Source: Vampirovibrionales bacterium (GTDB lineage Bacteria; Cyanobacteriota; Vampirovibrionia; Vampirovibrionales; JAJTHC01). Taken from it: a stretch of 60,644 nucleotides of DNA. Of the stretch, positions 7,240 through 16,857 are shown piece by piece (positions within the stretch are counted from its first letter, which is position 1; every line of letters starts with the position of its first letter). The stretch is from the NCBI GenBank assembly GCA_046080605.1, contig JBJTUH010000086.1:1-60644 (forward strand). The letters are read 5' to 3'. A program made the position numbers and the translations under genes. Below the pieces are notes generated by a model that saw only the letters and a list, made by a program, of their open reading frames with translations, did not search any database and had not been told where the DNA came from.

Positions 7240-9280
7240 CCTACAAAGCGATTATGCTCCGGCGGGTGACCAACCACAAGCCATTGCGACCCTTATTCAG
7301 GCACTCCAAACCCCTGAACCTAAAGGACACCCTGAGAACAAGCGTGTGACACTTCTTGGTGTGACGGGGTCAGGGAAAACGTTTACCATGGCACATACGA
7401 TTGCAAGCCTGCAACGTCCTACGCTGATTCTCGCTCATAATAAAACGCTGGCTGCCCAACTTTACAATGAAATGCAAGGATTTTTCCCTCATAATAAAGT
7501 CGCCTATTTTATTAGTTACTATGATTACTATCGTCCTGAGGCCTATATTCCTCGGACAGATACCTTTATTGAGAAAACGGCTCAGGTGAATGATGAAATC
7601 GACCGATTGCGTCACTTGGCAACAAGGGCTTTATTTGAACGACGAGATGTTATTATTGTGGCAAGTGTGAGCTGTATTTACGGATTAGGGATTCCTGAAA
7701 ATTATCTTCAAGCCTCGGTGATTTTTGAGCTCAACGATGAGATTAACCGTGAGGAACTCTTAAGCCAACTGGTACGTATGGCCTACGTACGGGTAGAAAA
7801 CCCGTTGCTTGAAAGAACCCACTTCAGAGTGCGAGGCGATGTCATTGACATTTTCCCTGCGGACGAAGAGCGTATTTTACGGTTAACCTTTTGGGATACG
7901 ACCCTTGAAAGCCTCTGCTTTTTAGAAGCACACTCGGGCAAAGTGCTTGAAAGTATGCAACAGTATATGCTGGTACCTGCCGTTCACTTTGTGACCCCTG
8001 AAGAAGAACAAGCCCGTGTGGTGGAAGACATTAAACAGGAACTAGAACAACGGCTAAAAGAACTCCACAGTGAGGGACTTGAGCTTGAAGCACGTCGCTT
8101 AGAAACACGGGTTCTTCGTGACCTTGAAATGATGAAAGAGCTTGGGTACTGTAACGGGATTGAAAACTACAGCCGTATTATTGAAGGTCGGCTGCCAGGA
8201 ACACCCCCTAAAACGTTGCTGGATTACTTCCCCGACGATTTTTTACTGATGATTGACGAAAGCCATATTACGGTTTCACAAGTACGGGGCATGTACCACG
8301 GGGATGTTTCTCGTAAAGAGACCCTTGTAAAATATGGGTTTAGGCTTCCGTGTGCCAAAGATAACCGACCCCTAAACTTTGATGAGTTTTGGCATCGTGT
8401 GGGGGACACCGTCTTTATTTCAGCCACACCTAACGCTTTTGAGCTAGAACAAAGTAGTACCGTGGCGGAACAAGTGATTCGCCCCACGGGTCTGCTTGAC
8501 CCTCTCATTGAAATCCATCCCACGGAGGGACAAATTGATACCCTCATGCAAGCCATTCAGGCAACCCTTGCCACACAAGCAAGGGTACTGATTACCACAC
8601 TAACTAAACGCATGGCTGAAGACCTCAGTGCCTATTTACAGGAAATGGGCATCAAGGTGCAGTATCTCCATAGCGATGTCAAGCCTCTTGAGCGTATTGA
8701 AATTATTCGTGACCTACGCCTAGGACGTTTTGAAGTGCTGGTAGGAGTAAACCTTTTAAGAGAAGGGCTTGACCTGCCTGAAGTGGCATTGGTTGCGATT
8801 ATGGATGCGGATAAAGAAGGATTTTTACGCTCTAGTGCTAGCCTTATTCAAACCATTGGACGTGCCGCACGTAATGCGGCAGGGAAAGTTCTGCTTTTTG
8901 CCGATAGTATCACAGACAGCATGCACACTGCCATTGACGAAACCAAACGGCGGCGTGCCTTACAAGAAGCATTCAATACCCGCCATGGCATTACGCCTAA
9001 AACCATTTTAAAGCCGCTCTCAAATGGCTTACTTGAGATGCTTTCAGAAAGTTCTCAAACGGGCAATAGCTCTCTGGATAAACCTTCAACCAAAACCCAA
9101 AAAGCACCGTCACCTCAAGTGCTGATTCAAACATTAGTGAAAGAAGCTCAAGCCAGTGGGAATCCTACACTGATTCAAGAAACCCGTGAACAGCTTGAGC
9201 AAGCCATGAAAGAAGCTGCCAAAAACCTAGAGTTTGAGCAAGCTGCCATGCTACGAGATGCATGGCAAGCCCTCGGTTAA
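7205..9280 (+). CDS. uvrB: Excinuclease ABC subunit B
   Basis: PAGDQP, LGVTGSGKTFT, YYDYYRPEAYIP, DESH, LLREGLDLPEV, QTIGRAARN, C-terminal UVR domain. Confidence 0.98.
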   Translation: MHTQPLPQARFDLQSDYAPAGDQPQAIATLIQALQTPEPKGHPENKRVTLLGVTGSGKTFTMAHTIASLQRPTLILAHNKTLAAQLYNEMQGFFPHNKVAYFISYYDYYRPEAYIPRTDTFIEKTAQVNDEIDRLRHLATRALFERRDVIIVASVSCIYGLGIPENYLQASVIFELNDEINREELLSQLVRMAYVRVENPLLERTHFRVRGDVIDIFPADEERILRLTFWDTTLESLCFLEAHSGKVLESMQQYMLVPAVHFVTPEEEQARVVEDIKQELEQRLKELHSEGLELEARRLETRVLRDLEMMKELGYCNGIENYSRIIEGRLPGTPPKTLLDYFPDDFLLMIDESHITVSQVRGMYHGDVSRKETLVKYGFRLPCAKDNRPLNFDEFWHRVGDTVFISATPNAFELEQSSTVAEQVIRPTGLLDPLIEIHPTEGQIDTLMQAIQATLATQARVLITTLTKRMAEDLSAYLQEMGIKVQYLHSDVKPLERIEIIRDLRLGRFEVLVGVNLLREGLDLPEVALVAIMDADKEGFLRSSASLIQTIGRAARNAAGKVLLFADSITDSMHTAIDETKRRRALQEAFNTRHGITPKTILKPLSNGLLEMLSESSQTGNSSLDKPSTKTQKAPSPQVLIQTLVKEAQASGNPTLIQETREQLEQAMKEAAKNLEFEQAAMLRDAWQALG

Positions 9281-9295
9281 GCAGTACCCACGAAT

Positions 9296-10786
9296 TTACT
9301 GTTTTGGCAGAGGCTGCACACGCTCGTGACTCATGGCAGTAATTTGCTCATCCCAACGTAACACAAGGGTATGATACTGCTTTTTAAAGCGTTGCCAGTG
9401 AGGCCATAGCTTTTCAATCCGTGCCAAACGACTTGGGAGCGTGTCATCCAGTACGCCCAAGTCCACACGGAAGCCATCTACCGTTTCAAACCATACGGTT
9501 TGCTCCTGTGCCTCATAATGTAGCGTACGAACAGGAATAGGCGTTAGGCGCTCCCACTGTTGCAGGGTTTGGTAAAGACGCTCCAACACTGTATGGTGTT
9601 GCTGTTGCCATGCCCTTAAGTGCTGTAATGATTCCATATAAGTGCTAGAAATGTTACCAGACGCTACCCGAGAGGAATGACTTGTTGCCCCAGAAACCCA
9701 TTGCCACAAAGGCTGAGACCAGCCCATGAGTGACGCAAACATAGAAACCGTAGGTTTTGGTGACCCTAACGCCTGTGTTTTATGATTGGCTTGTCTGTGA
9801 CCATGCCATACCAAGACAGGTAACCCCTGTACTTTCTGGGAGGGAACCCCTAAGGTATTGAAAAAGAGTGACTCAGTGGCGGGTGTATACGCCATGGCAG
9901 GTGCGTGTAACTGTTGGGCTAACACAGGCTGATAGGTTGTGGTTAGCCAACTTGCAGGAAGAGGTGTATCACCTTGATACACTAATTTGACCCATAAAGG
10001 CGGACTTTCAAACATGACATGCCACTTCCACACCCAAGAAGTTCTCCCACGCAGGGCTGGGGGAAGACTCGCACCAAACAGCAGGCGTTTTTGCAATGAG
10101 ACCGACTGAATATGAGGGAAAATCTGTTGTATTTTTTGAGTCACTTGAGAACGCACTTGAGCAGCACTGGCGTAAAAGGGTGCTTTTTGCGCCTGAGTGA
10201 TTACAGGGTGGAGGAGTGCCTCAAGTTGCTGTGGAGAAGCAACACCTAAGGGGTCAAGTACCCACCATTGCGGTAACGTATTACACCACTGTCCCAAGGT
10301 GTTCAAGGCATAGAGTAAACCCACCACACAGCCAAGACGCATCCACTGGCGTAGTCTTTGACACTGTGTCCGACGTTGTTTCATACGGCGTTTTAGTTGC
10401 CATGACCACACCTGCACCTTGCCTTGCGTTCGTGTGTGTAGGGGTAAAGCAATCTCATCGTCATTAGAAGGGTGTGGTAGAATCACCTCAGGTAATATGC
10501 AATGTTCAAACGTGAGTCCGTCCAGCACATGTGGTTCTGAAGAAGAGGCTTGTGGGGCATTTTGCACGAAGGTCTCACCCTGAGGAAGAGACATTGGCTC
10601 TGTAGCATCTGTAGGAAGTGTTGCACACTGGCTGCTCTCTTGAGGGGTTTCAAGAGAAGCGTGATCGGATACAGGCTCTGGCAGACGAGAAGAAATAGGA
10701 ACCGACATAAACCGTGTCAAGGCAACAATAGAGGGATAAAGCACGTCATGAACAAACACACGACAGGGCGTTACACAGGGCATCAA
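9296..10786 (-). CDS. Hypothetical membrane protein, divergent FtsQ/DivIB-like
   Basis: Disordered N-terminus, basic stretch, one TM segment, POTRA-like segment (IQQIFPHIQSVSLQK) and an FtsQ-like tail (GFRVDLG...L..RL.R.....Y.TLVLRWDEQ). Confidence 0.45.
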   Translation of the reverse strand: MMPCVTPCRVFVHDVLYPSIVALTRFMSVPISSRLPEPVSDHASLETPQESSQCATLPTDATEPMSLPQGETFVQNAPQASSSEPHVLDGLTFEHCILPEVILPHPSNDDEIALPLHTRTQGKVQVWSWQLKRRMKQRRTQCQRLRQWMRLGCVVGLLYALNTLGQWCNTLPQWWVLDPLGVASPQQLEALLHPVITQAQKAPFYASAAQVRSQVTQKIQQIFPHIQSVSLQKRLLFGASLPPALRGRTSWVWKWHVMFESPPLWVKLVYQGDTPLPASWLTTTYQPVLAQQLHAPAMAYTPATESLFFNTLGVPSQKVQGLPVLVWHGHRQANHKTQALGSPKPTVSMFASLMGWSQPLWQWVSGATSHSSRVASGNISSTYMESLQHLRAWQQQHHTVLERLYQTLQQWERLTPIPVRTLHYEAQEQTVWFETVDGFRVDLGVLDDTLPSRLARIEKLWPHWQRFKKQYHTLVLRWDEQITAMSHERVQPLPKQ

Positions 10787-11148
10787 ACGGAAGAGGGCGG
10801 GTTAAAAAGCATGACATGACTGTTTTAAGTAGTATACCTTGGTTTCGTCTCATTAGGCTATGATTTATTTTTATCCTGCCTCACCATACCCCCTCCCCCT
10901 AAGCATACTGAACTTTGAGCAAACCCTTGACGCATGAAGTACACTCATACCCCACCCCTGAACCAAAGAAACCTATTCCCTTCCATCAAACCCCAACACT
11001 CAAGTACATTAGAGCATCCTAGGATGCTAATTCCGAAAGATACCCTACCGTTTATCAAGGTTCACGGGTCGTTCACGCACTCCCTGTTGCAATGTGACAC
11101 ACACACTCAGATAGATTTGCCGTATACTAAAAAGATAGTTGCAAGGGT

Positions 11149-12924
11149 ATGAAAACCTTCCTTCCTCCTCCTCCCTTCCAAACGTTTTGTTTTTTAGAAT
11201 CGTACAAGGTACCTCCTATGCAGGCTTGCTCCTCTTTGATTACTACGTCTATGGCTGGTGTATGTGTTTCTTCTAGACAAGGCTACTGGAAACCTGTGCT
11301 TGTCATAGTGCTATGTGCCGTTTTAGGAAGTTTTGGGCTAACAGAAAGCCACGCAAGCTTATGGCACAAAAAACTTAGCGAAAAGGCAAAGCAGAAGGTT
11401 GAAACCCTACAACGTAAAGACACACAGAAAGTTCCGCTTGGACTAAGTATTCAGGGCAGTACCCCTCTACAAGGGTTTCATCCCTTGAATCAACAAAAAT
11501 GGATTCTGCTTAAAGGAATACCTGAAGCCTTGGGGGTACAAGCCCAACAGAGGGTGCAAGGGTTGAGTCAGCTTACCCTTGTCGTGACTGACCCTACATG
11601 GGTAGACCCTCTAGGGCTTGACCGCATTAAGGTTTTATTGCGTACCCAACCTGGTCCTGTGGCAGGTAACCGCATGCTATGGCGGGCAGATGTTTCAAGC
11701 TTAAAGCAAGAAGGCACGTTTCAATGGCAATTGTTACTAGGACAAAAAGCCCTTGCCACAGGTTCACTCACCATTGACACAGGCATTTACTGGCAAACCT
11801 TAAAAGTGGCACTCCAAAGCTTTTACTACCAGCAGCTTGGCACCAATATTACCTTGCCCCTTGCAAGCTTAAATCAAGCAAAACAAGAAGCCACGTTACG
11901 TCAACGTATAAAGCCTCTTCATTATCCCGCCTTATGGCCTCGTCAATATGACCCCATTGCAGGGGAGGCTTTGCTTGCCCGTATACCTGAAGGGTGGTGC
12001 GTACCCGTGAATAGTCCCAAGCTCACGCAACAGTACACCCTACAAGACTGCTGGCAGGAAAACGCTTCTCAAAAAGCCCTAGAGGAAAGCCTTTCATGGC
12101 TTTTACTCGCCTATCAACTTAATCCTAGTACGCATGCACGCTTAGGCATTGACTTACCGTTGAGTATGTTAGAAACTTACGGCTCAAAGAAAACGCCTGA
12201 ATGGCTCATTGTCATGGCACCTGCCATATACCAGCTTGCCACTGTTTCAAACCAAGGTACGTCCAACCAAGACGCATCCTCTGTATTGAGTCTGTATCAA
12301 AGCTTAATGAACCCCTACGACACACTTAAGGTGGCTCGCCTTGGACGGTTTCAAGGAAGCTCGTTAGAAAGTCTATGGCAAACGGTACAAACAGCCGTAC
12401 CACAAAGCTCTGAAGAAGCGTTATATACCTTCGTACAAGAACGGTTTAGTCGCCAAACTACTGGAAAAGTGAATCATCGGATGCTCTTGCAACAAGGCAT
12501 CTTACAAGGCTTCTCATTATTAAATGCCTTGAACCAAAGCCCTGATGGAAGCACGCTCAGTAGCGACCAGTTTGCGCAATGGCAGACATTGGCAGCTCTG
12601 TACGATGCCATAACAGGACACAATGCCCAACAGCTTAGTATGGTGTCAGGATGGGGACAAGATTGGCAACAGCAGGTCTCCTCAAAACAAGGTGCTATTC
12701 AGTATCCACATTTACTCACGCAACACCCCTTTACCCACGCATGGCAAGCCAGTATCCCGGGCCTGTTACAACCTACAGAAGACACGCACACGACGCTACG
12801 GGCAACACCACAACTGCAAGCACAATGGGTCTTTTTTCTTGCCCTCATGAACCGCCTCAATGAAGTCATGCTGACCCGCCATGGTGTCCTCTCTTCAGAA
12901 CGAAAAGGGTTATTTGGACGATAG
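11149..12924 (+). CDS. Secreted or membrane-anchored protein with a degenerate glycoside hydrolase family 9 fold
   Basis: WRADVSSL..EGTF (CelD-N Ig-like), ALQSFYYQQLG and YDAITGHNAQQLSMVSGWG resemble GH9 blocks; the catalytic DAGD and NE motifs are absent. Start uncertain. Confidence 0.5.
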   Translation: MKTFLPPPPFQTFCFLESYKVPPMQACSSLITTSMAGVCVSSRQGYWKPVLVIVLCAVLGSFGLTESHASLWHKKLSEKAKQKVETLQRKDTQKVPLGLSIQGSTPLQGFHPLNQQKWILLKGIPEALGVQAQQRVQGLSQLTLVVTDPTWVDPLGLDRIKVLLRTQPGPVAGNRMLWRADVSSLKQEGTFQWQLLLGQKALATGSLTIDTGIYWQTLKVALQSFYYQQLGTNITLPLASLNQAKQEATLRQRIKPLHYPALWPRQYDPIAGEALLARIPEGWCVPVNSPKLTQQYTLQDCWQENASQKALEESLSWLLLAYQLNPSTHARLGIDLPLSMLETYGSKKTPEWLIVMAPAIYQLATVSNQGTSNQDASSVLSLYQSLMNPYDTLKVARLGRFQGSSLESLWQTVQTAVPQSSEEALYTFVQERFSRQTTGKVNHRMLLQQGILQGFSLLNALNQSPDGSTLSSDQFAQWQTLAALYDAITGHNAQQLSMVSGWGQDWQQQVSSKQGAIQYPHLLTQHPFTHAWQASIPGLLQPTEDTHTTLRATPQLQAQWVFFLALMNRLNEVMLTRHGVLSSERKGLFGR

Positions 12925-13554
12925 CCCCGAACGTTTCATTGATAGGGCTTCGTTTACGGGTGCTACATCCGTCGACAATAAACTCCAAAGGGTAGAACCC
13001 CACCACTGCCCATGATGCCAATATGTATCGCGCATACTGCCTTCTTGAGTAAACCCAGCGGTTCGATACAAGGCTTCTTTTTGCGTATCTAACGTATAGA
13101 CTTCTGCCCATAGCCGATGCAAGTTAAGTTCGTGGAAAGCGTAAGCGATTAAGTGCTTGAGTGCCTCAGGGGCATAGTGCGTGTCAATATTCAAATGCTC
13201 ATACCCTATGTAAATAGAAAGTTCTGCAGCACGATGCACCCAATGAATAGGTACCAGTCCGCATGCTCCTATCAACGGAGCATCGGGAAGGTCTTCTGCC
13301 ACAATCCCCCACATACTGATGTGCGTGTTACGGCACGCCTGCTCTTGAAACCAAGTGTCTTGCATCGTGGTGTTTAACGCTCGGTATTCTCGAAAATACT
13401 GACGTAATGAAGGCTCATTGCGCCATGCCTGCAAGCGTGGAAGATCTTCAGGCTCCAAGGCACGTAAACGAACATGCGAAGAGACGCTTTGAGATGCCTG
13501 ATACCGCACTTGATTTTCTCCTTGAGGTTCAGGATGTTTGGGTGATGGTGCCAT
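12910..13554 (-). CDS. GNAT N-acetyltransferase (RimJ/RimL type, PseH-like)
   Basis: LRALEPEDL...WRN...IG.CGL..IHW.HR.AE..IYIG...AF.ELNLHRL.AEV...GF..EG. Divergent from a pseudaminic-acid-associated methylase. Confidence 0.8.
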   Translation of the reverse strand: MAPSPKHPEPQGENQVRYQASQSVSSHVRLRALEPEDLPRLQAWRNEPSLRQYFREYRALNTTMQDTWFQEQACRNTHISMWGIVAEDLPDAPLIGACGLVPIHWVHRAAELSIYIGYEHLNIDTHYAPEALKHLIAYAFHELNLHRLWAEVYTLDTQKEALYRTAGFTQEGSMRDTYWHHGQWWGSTLWSLLSTDVAPVNEALSMKRSGLSSK

Positions 13555-13688
13555 CAGTAAATATTCCCTAAGTAGGATAGGACAAATGCAAAACTAGAGT
13601 ATACTAGAGAAATGAGTGTATGTCATATCGTTAAAGAGTGTAGGTTTGTTTGTTCGTTTGTCTCAGTGCTTGCTATGAGTGTCATTGT

Positions 13689-14402
13689 ATGCTTTCTTCT
13701 GACTCTTTTTCTTCTAGCTCCGAAGTGTCTTTATCTTTTGCACCTTCTCATACTGCTTTAGGGGTCGCTTCACTTAATGAGCAAGAACAGTTCTGGCATG
13801 GCGAATTCGGTACACACTACGTAGAGAGAAACCTTCCTGAAGTATACCTTGCAAGTAACGTGGCACTTTTTAGTAGCATTTTTAAAGGAAAAACACCCCC
13901 TCAACATTTACTAGAATGGGGTGCCAATGCTGGACAAAACTTGCACGCCATTCGTACACTATTTCCCCATGTCACCTTATCCGCCTGTGAAATTAACCCT
14001 AAAGCTTTGCAGTGTCTTCAAGAGAGCCTCCCTGAGGTCACCCTCTACCCTCACTCTTTCAGAGAGCCTCTTCCCTTGGGGACGGAACGCCCTGATTGGC
14101 TCCTGTGTAAGCTTGTACTGATTCATCAGCCGCCAGAGATTCTACCTCGCCTTTATCAGCATATGCTGACACAAAGCGAACGCTACATTTGTATTGCAGA
14201 GTACTACCATCCCACCCCCGTAGAGGTGACCTACCGAGGACACGAAGGCAAACTATTCAAACGAGACTTTGCAGGGGAGCTACTATCCTATGCCCATCGT
14301 CACGGCTACCCCTCGCTTGAACTCATCGACTACGGGTTTGTGTACCGTGGAGATCCCAACTTTCCACAAGATGATATTACATGGTTTGTGCTTAAGAAGT
14401 AG
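13689..14402 (+). CDS. Pseudaminic acid biosynthesis-associated methylase
   Basis: EQEQFW.GEFG..Y.ERN, EYY.PTPVEV.YRGH..KLFKRDFAGE, DYGFVYR.DP.FPQDDITWF. Confidence 0.9.
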   Translation: MLSSDSFSSSSEVSLSFAPSHTALGVASLNEQEQFWHGEFGTHYVERNLPEVYLASNVALFSSIFKGKTPPQHLLEWGANAGQNLHAIRTLFPHVTLSACEINPKALQCLQESLPEVTLYPHSFREPLPLGTERPDWLLCKLVLIHQPPEILPRLYQHMLTQSERYICIAEYYHPTPVEVTYRGHEGKLFKRDFAGELLSYAHRHGYPSLELIDYGFVYRGDPNFPQDDITWFVLKK

Positions 14403-14410
14403 GAAATCTC

Positions 14411-15742
14411 CTATTTTTTAAGCCATTGCTTCACAGCATCATCAGGAATTTTATCAAGCAGGAGTGCAAGCCCTCCTGCCATCAGACCAGAAACCACTAA
14501 TACCACAAACCACATCATGGCAAAGCTTAATACCGCAGGTTTATCCCAATGGGCTTGCGTCAGTACCAATGCGTAAGCACCTTCTCGGGTGCCTAGCCCT
14601 CCTAAACTCAGAGGAATGACACTGGCGATGGCGGCCAAGCCGTAGGCAGAAAACAGGGTGGTTAAAGACGTAGAATAAGCAACAAAGCCTTGATAAAGCA
14701 GCCAATGAATCAAGACATTAAACCCTTGAACTACAACCGAAAGCCCTAGCGCTTTAAAAAAGTCTGTCATGGAAGGCTGCAATGCTGTATCGGGATACCA
14801 CTGTGCCAGTTTAGGGCGAACCCAAGCACCATAAAGCAGAAATGTCCCTACAACCCCTAGTAAACTCAAAAGAGAAAGCCCATGGACGATCCAAGCATAA
14901 TGCCCTAAAAGTTGCTGAGAGGCGGTATCAATACACAGGCATAATGACATCATCCAAGCCAGTACCGCAAACCCCAAAAGTCTGTCTAACAAGACTAACA
15001 CCGCTGAAAATGCTTTAAGATGGCGTGTCGTTTTTAGTTTTGTCCAAGCCGCTTGCCATAATTTTGACATCGGATGCCCTACCCCTGAAGGTATCGCATG
15101 TACGTTGTCTTTTACAGGAGAGGTTTGCTCAGGGTACTGAGCCTTAGCCAGTACGGAAGAAAGTCTCCAAACACGTACAAGGTCTCCACCCACAGCACCT
15201 GGTAGGCATAAATTAAAGAAAGTACCCCACAGATACGTCTTAAACAAATAGAATACCGAAAGAGAGGTATCTTCTACCCCCACCATAGTGGCAAGTCGTT
15301 TCCAACGCCAAGCACTAAACCACTGGGATATCAAGTACAAACTTGCCCATACGGGTACCCAAGGAAGCAGTGACACGGGAACCTTTGAAATAATCTCTGC
15401 AGGAGAGCTTTCTAACGTTGCCAGTAACACCACCACCACGCCAAGACTAAAAAGTGCCTTGGCACACACAATCCATACCCCTTGTTTTTGTTGTTGAGCT
15501 TGGTCTTCAGCACTGTGTAACCATTCTGAAGCCTCACTTTGAGGGGGAATATAATAAGCAATTTTAGGGTGGTCTTGGGTTATGGCATGAGAAGAAGGAG
15601 AAGCCGCCGTTGCCTGAAACACAGAGGCATCTGCCGAAGCGGAAGGCATAAACTGGGGTTCTTGATGGTCATCCAAAGGAGACCAAGACAAGCTCTGAGA
15701 AGGGCGAAAGAACGGGGATGAACCCTCAAGACGGGCAAACAT
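14411..15742 (-). CDS. Lysylphosphatidylglycerol synthase TM / flippase-like (UPF0104) membrane protein
   Basis: AWRW..L, G.FFN..LPG.VGGD..R, DRL.G, IP.S.GGLG.REG motifs; multiple TM segments. Confidence 0.85.
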   Translation of the reverse strand: MFARLEGSSPFFRPSQSLSWSPLDDHQEPQFMPSASADASVFQATAASPSSHAITQDHPKIAYYIPPQSEASEWLHSAEDQAQQQKQGVWIVCAKALFSLGVVVVLLATLESSPAEIISKVPVSLLPWVPVWASLYLISQWFSAWRWKRLATMVGVEDTSLSVFYLFKTYLWGTFFNLCLPGAVGGDLVRVWRLSSVLAKAQYPEQTSPVKDNVHAIPSGVGHPMSKLWQAAWTKLKTTRHLKAFSAVLVLLDRLLGFAVLAWMMSLCLCIDTASQQLLGHYAWIVHGLSLLSLLGVVGTFLLYGAWVRPKLAQWYPDTALQPSMTDFFKALGLSVVVQGFNVLIHWLLYQGFVAYSTSLTTLFSAYGLAAIASVIPLSLGGLGTREGAYALVLTQAHWDKPAVLSFAMMWFVVLVVSGLMAGGLALLLDKIPDDAVKQWLKK

Positions 15743-15791
15743 AAAGCCAGTTCCTAAAAGTGAAAGCCAAGCACACGACAGAATGACATGG

Positions 15792-16769
15792 TTAAAAGCC
15801 TAGTAATGTTCTTACACGATAAATCGGCTTATTCTGAGATTCATGATAGGTTCTTACCTGAATCTCAGCCAAAAGACCGGTACAAATAAGCTGAACACTC
15901 GAAAGTGCCATCATACAGGCACATAAAAGCAAAGGACGCTGCCCAATAGAAGCACCTGAGAGTTTACACACAAACAAATAGCCAAGGATGCCCATCGACA
16001 CAAGTAACAGCCCAAACCCTAGACGACCAAAAAGATGCAGAGGACGTGTCCAAAAACGTTTCATCATCACAACCGTCATGAGGTCAAGTACGACCTTCGC
16101 CGTACGAGATAAATTATATTTACTGACCCCAAATTGTCTGGCACGATGAGACACAGGCCATTCTAAAATTCTGGCACCTTCCATGGCTGCTAAGGCTGGA
16201 ATAAAGCGATGCATTTCCCCGTACATAGAAAGGTCTTTTGCAATTTCAGCACGGTACACCTTGAGAGAGCATCCATAATCATGAAGATAAACCCCCGTAA
16301 GCCAAGCAATGAGGCGATTGGCAAGCCATGAGGGGAGCTTTCTTGAAATCGCTGCATCCTGTCTGCCCTGGCGCCATCCTGCCACTACATCTAAATGGTT
16401 ATGTTCCAACTGTTCTAGCATTTTAAGTGCATCATGAGGATTGTTTTGCAAGTCGCCATCTAGGGTAACAAAGTATTTCCCTGTTGCATAGGCAAACCCA
16501 GCAGCCATCGCCGCAGTCTGACCATAATTACGGCGCATCTCAACCACTTTCAGTATGGGGTACTGTTGTGTCGCCTGTTTCAATCTAAGATAAGTGTCGT
16601 CCGTTGACCCGTCATCCACAACGACCATTTCAAAGGAACGCCCTGTAATAACCCCTGCATCATAAAGCTGAGATAACATGGGAAGGACGTTATCTTCCTC
16701 ATTCATCATGGGAATGATGTAAGAAACTTCAGGACATTCAACACTGGAAACTGACGACTGATTCACCAT
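15792..16769 (-). CDS. GT2 polyprenyl-phosphate glycosyltransferase (ArnC/GtrB-like)
   Basis: VVVDDGSTD, RNYGQTAA, LDGDLQN, DYGCSLK, GEMHRFIP, two C-terminal TM segments. Confidence 0.92.
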   Translation of the reverse strand: MVNQSSVSSVECPEVSYIIPMMNEEDNVLPMLSQLYDAGVITGRSFEMVVVDDGSTDDTYLRLKQATQQYPILKVVEMRRNYGQTAAMAAGFAYATGKYFVTLDGDLQNNPHDALKMLEQLEHNHLDVVAGWRQGRQDAAISRKLPSWLANRLIAWLTGVYLHDYGCSLKVYRAEIAKDLSMYGEMHRFIPALAAMEGARILEWPVSHRARQFGVSKYNLSRTAKVVLDLMTVVMMKRFWTRPLHLFGRLGFGLLLVSMGILGYLFVCKLSGASIGQRPLLLCACMMALSSVQLICTGLLAEIQVRTYHESQNKPIYRVRTLLGF

Positions 16770-16857
16770 AGTAAGCCTTTTTAATGAACGCTAACACAAA
16801 CCTGTTGCACCACTCACACCCTTCACTAAAGCATTAAAGTCACATGGTTGTAAGCCC

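Noticed and set aside
6163-9280. hemH and uvrB as members of the RiPP cluster
   Set aside because: Both are housekeeping genes separated from the cluster by a 129-bp gap with its own promoter-like sequence; only adjacency links them.
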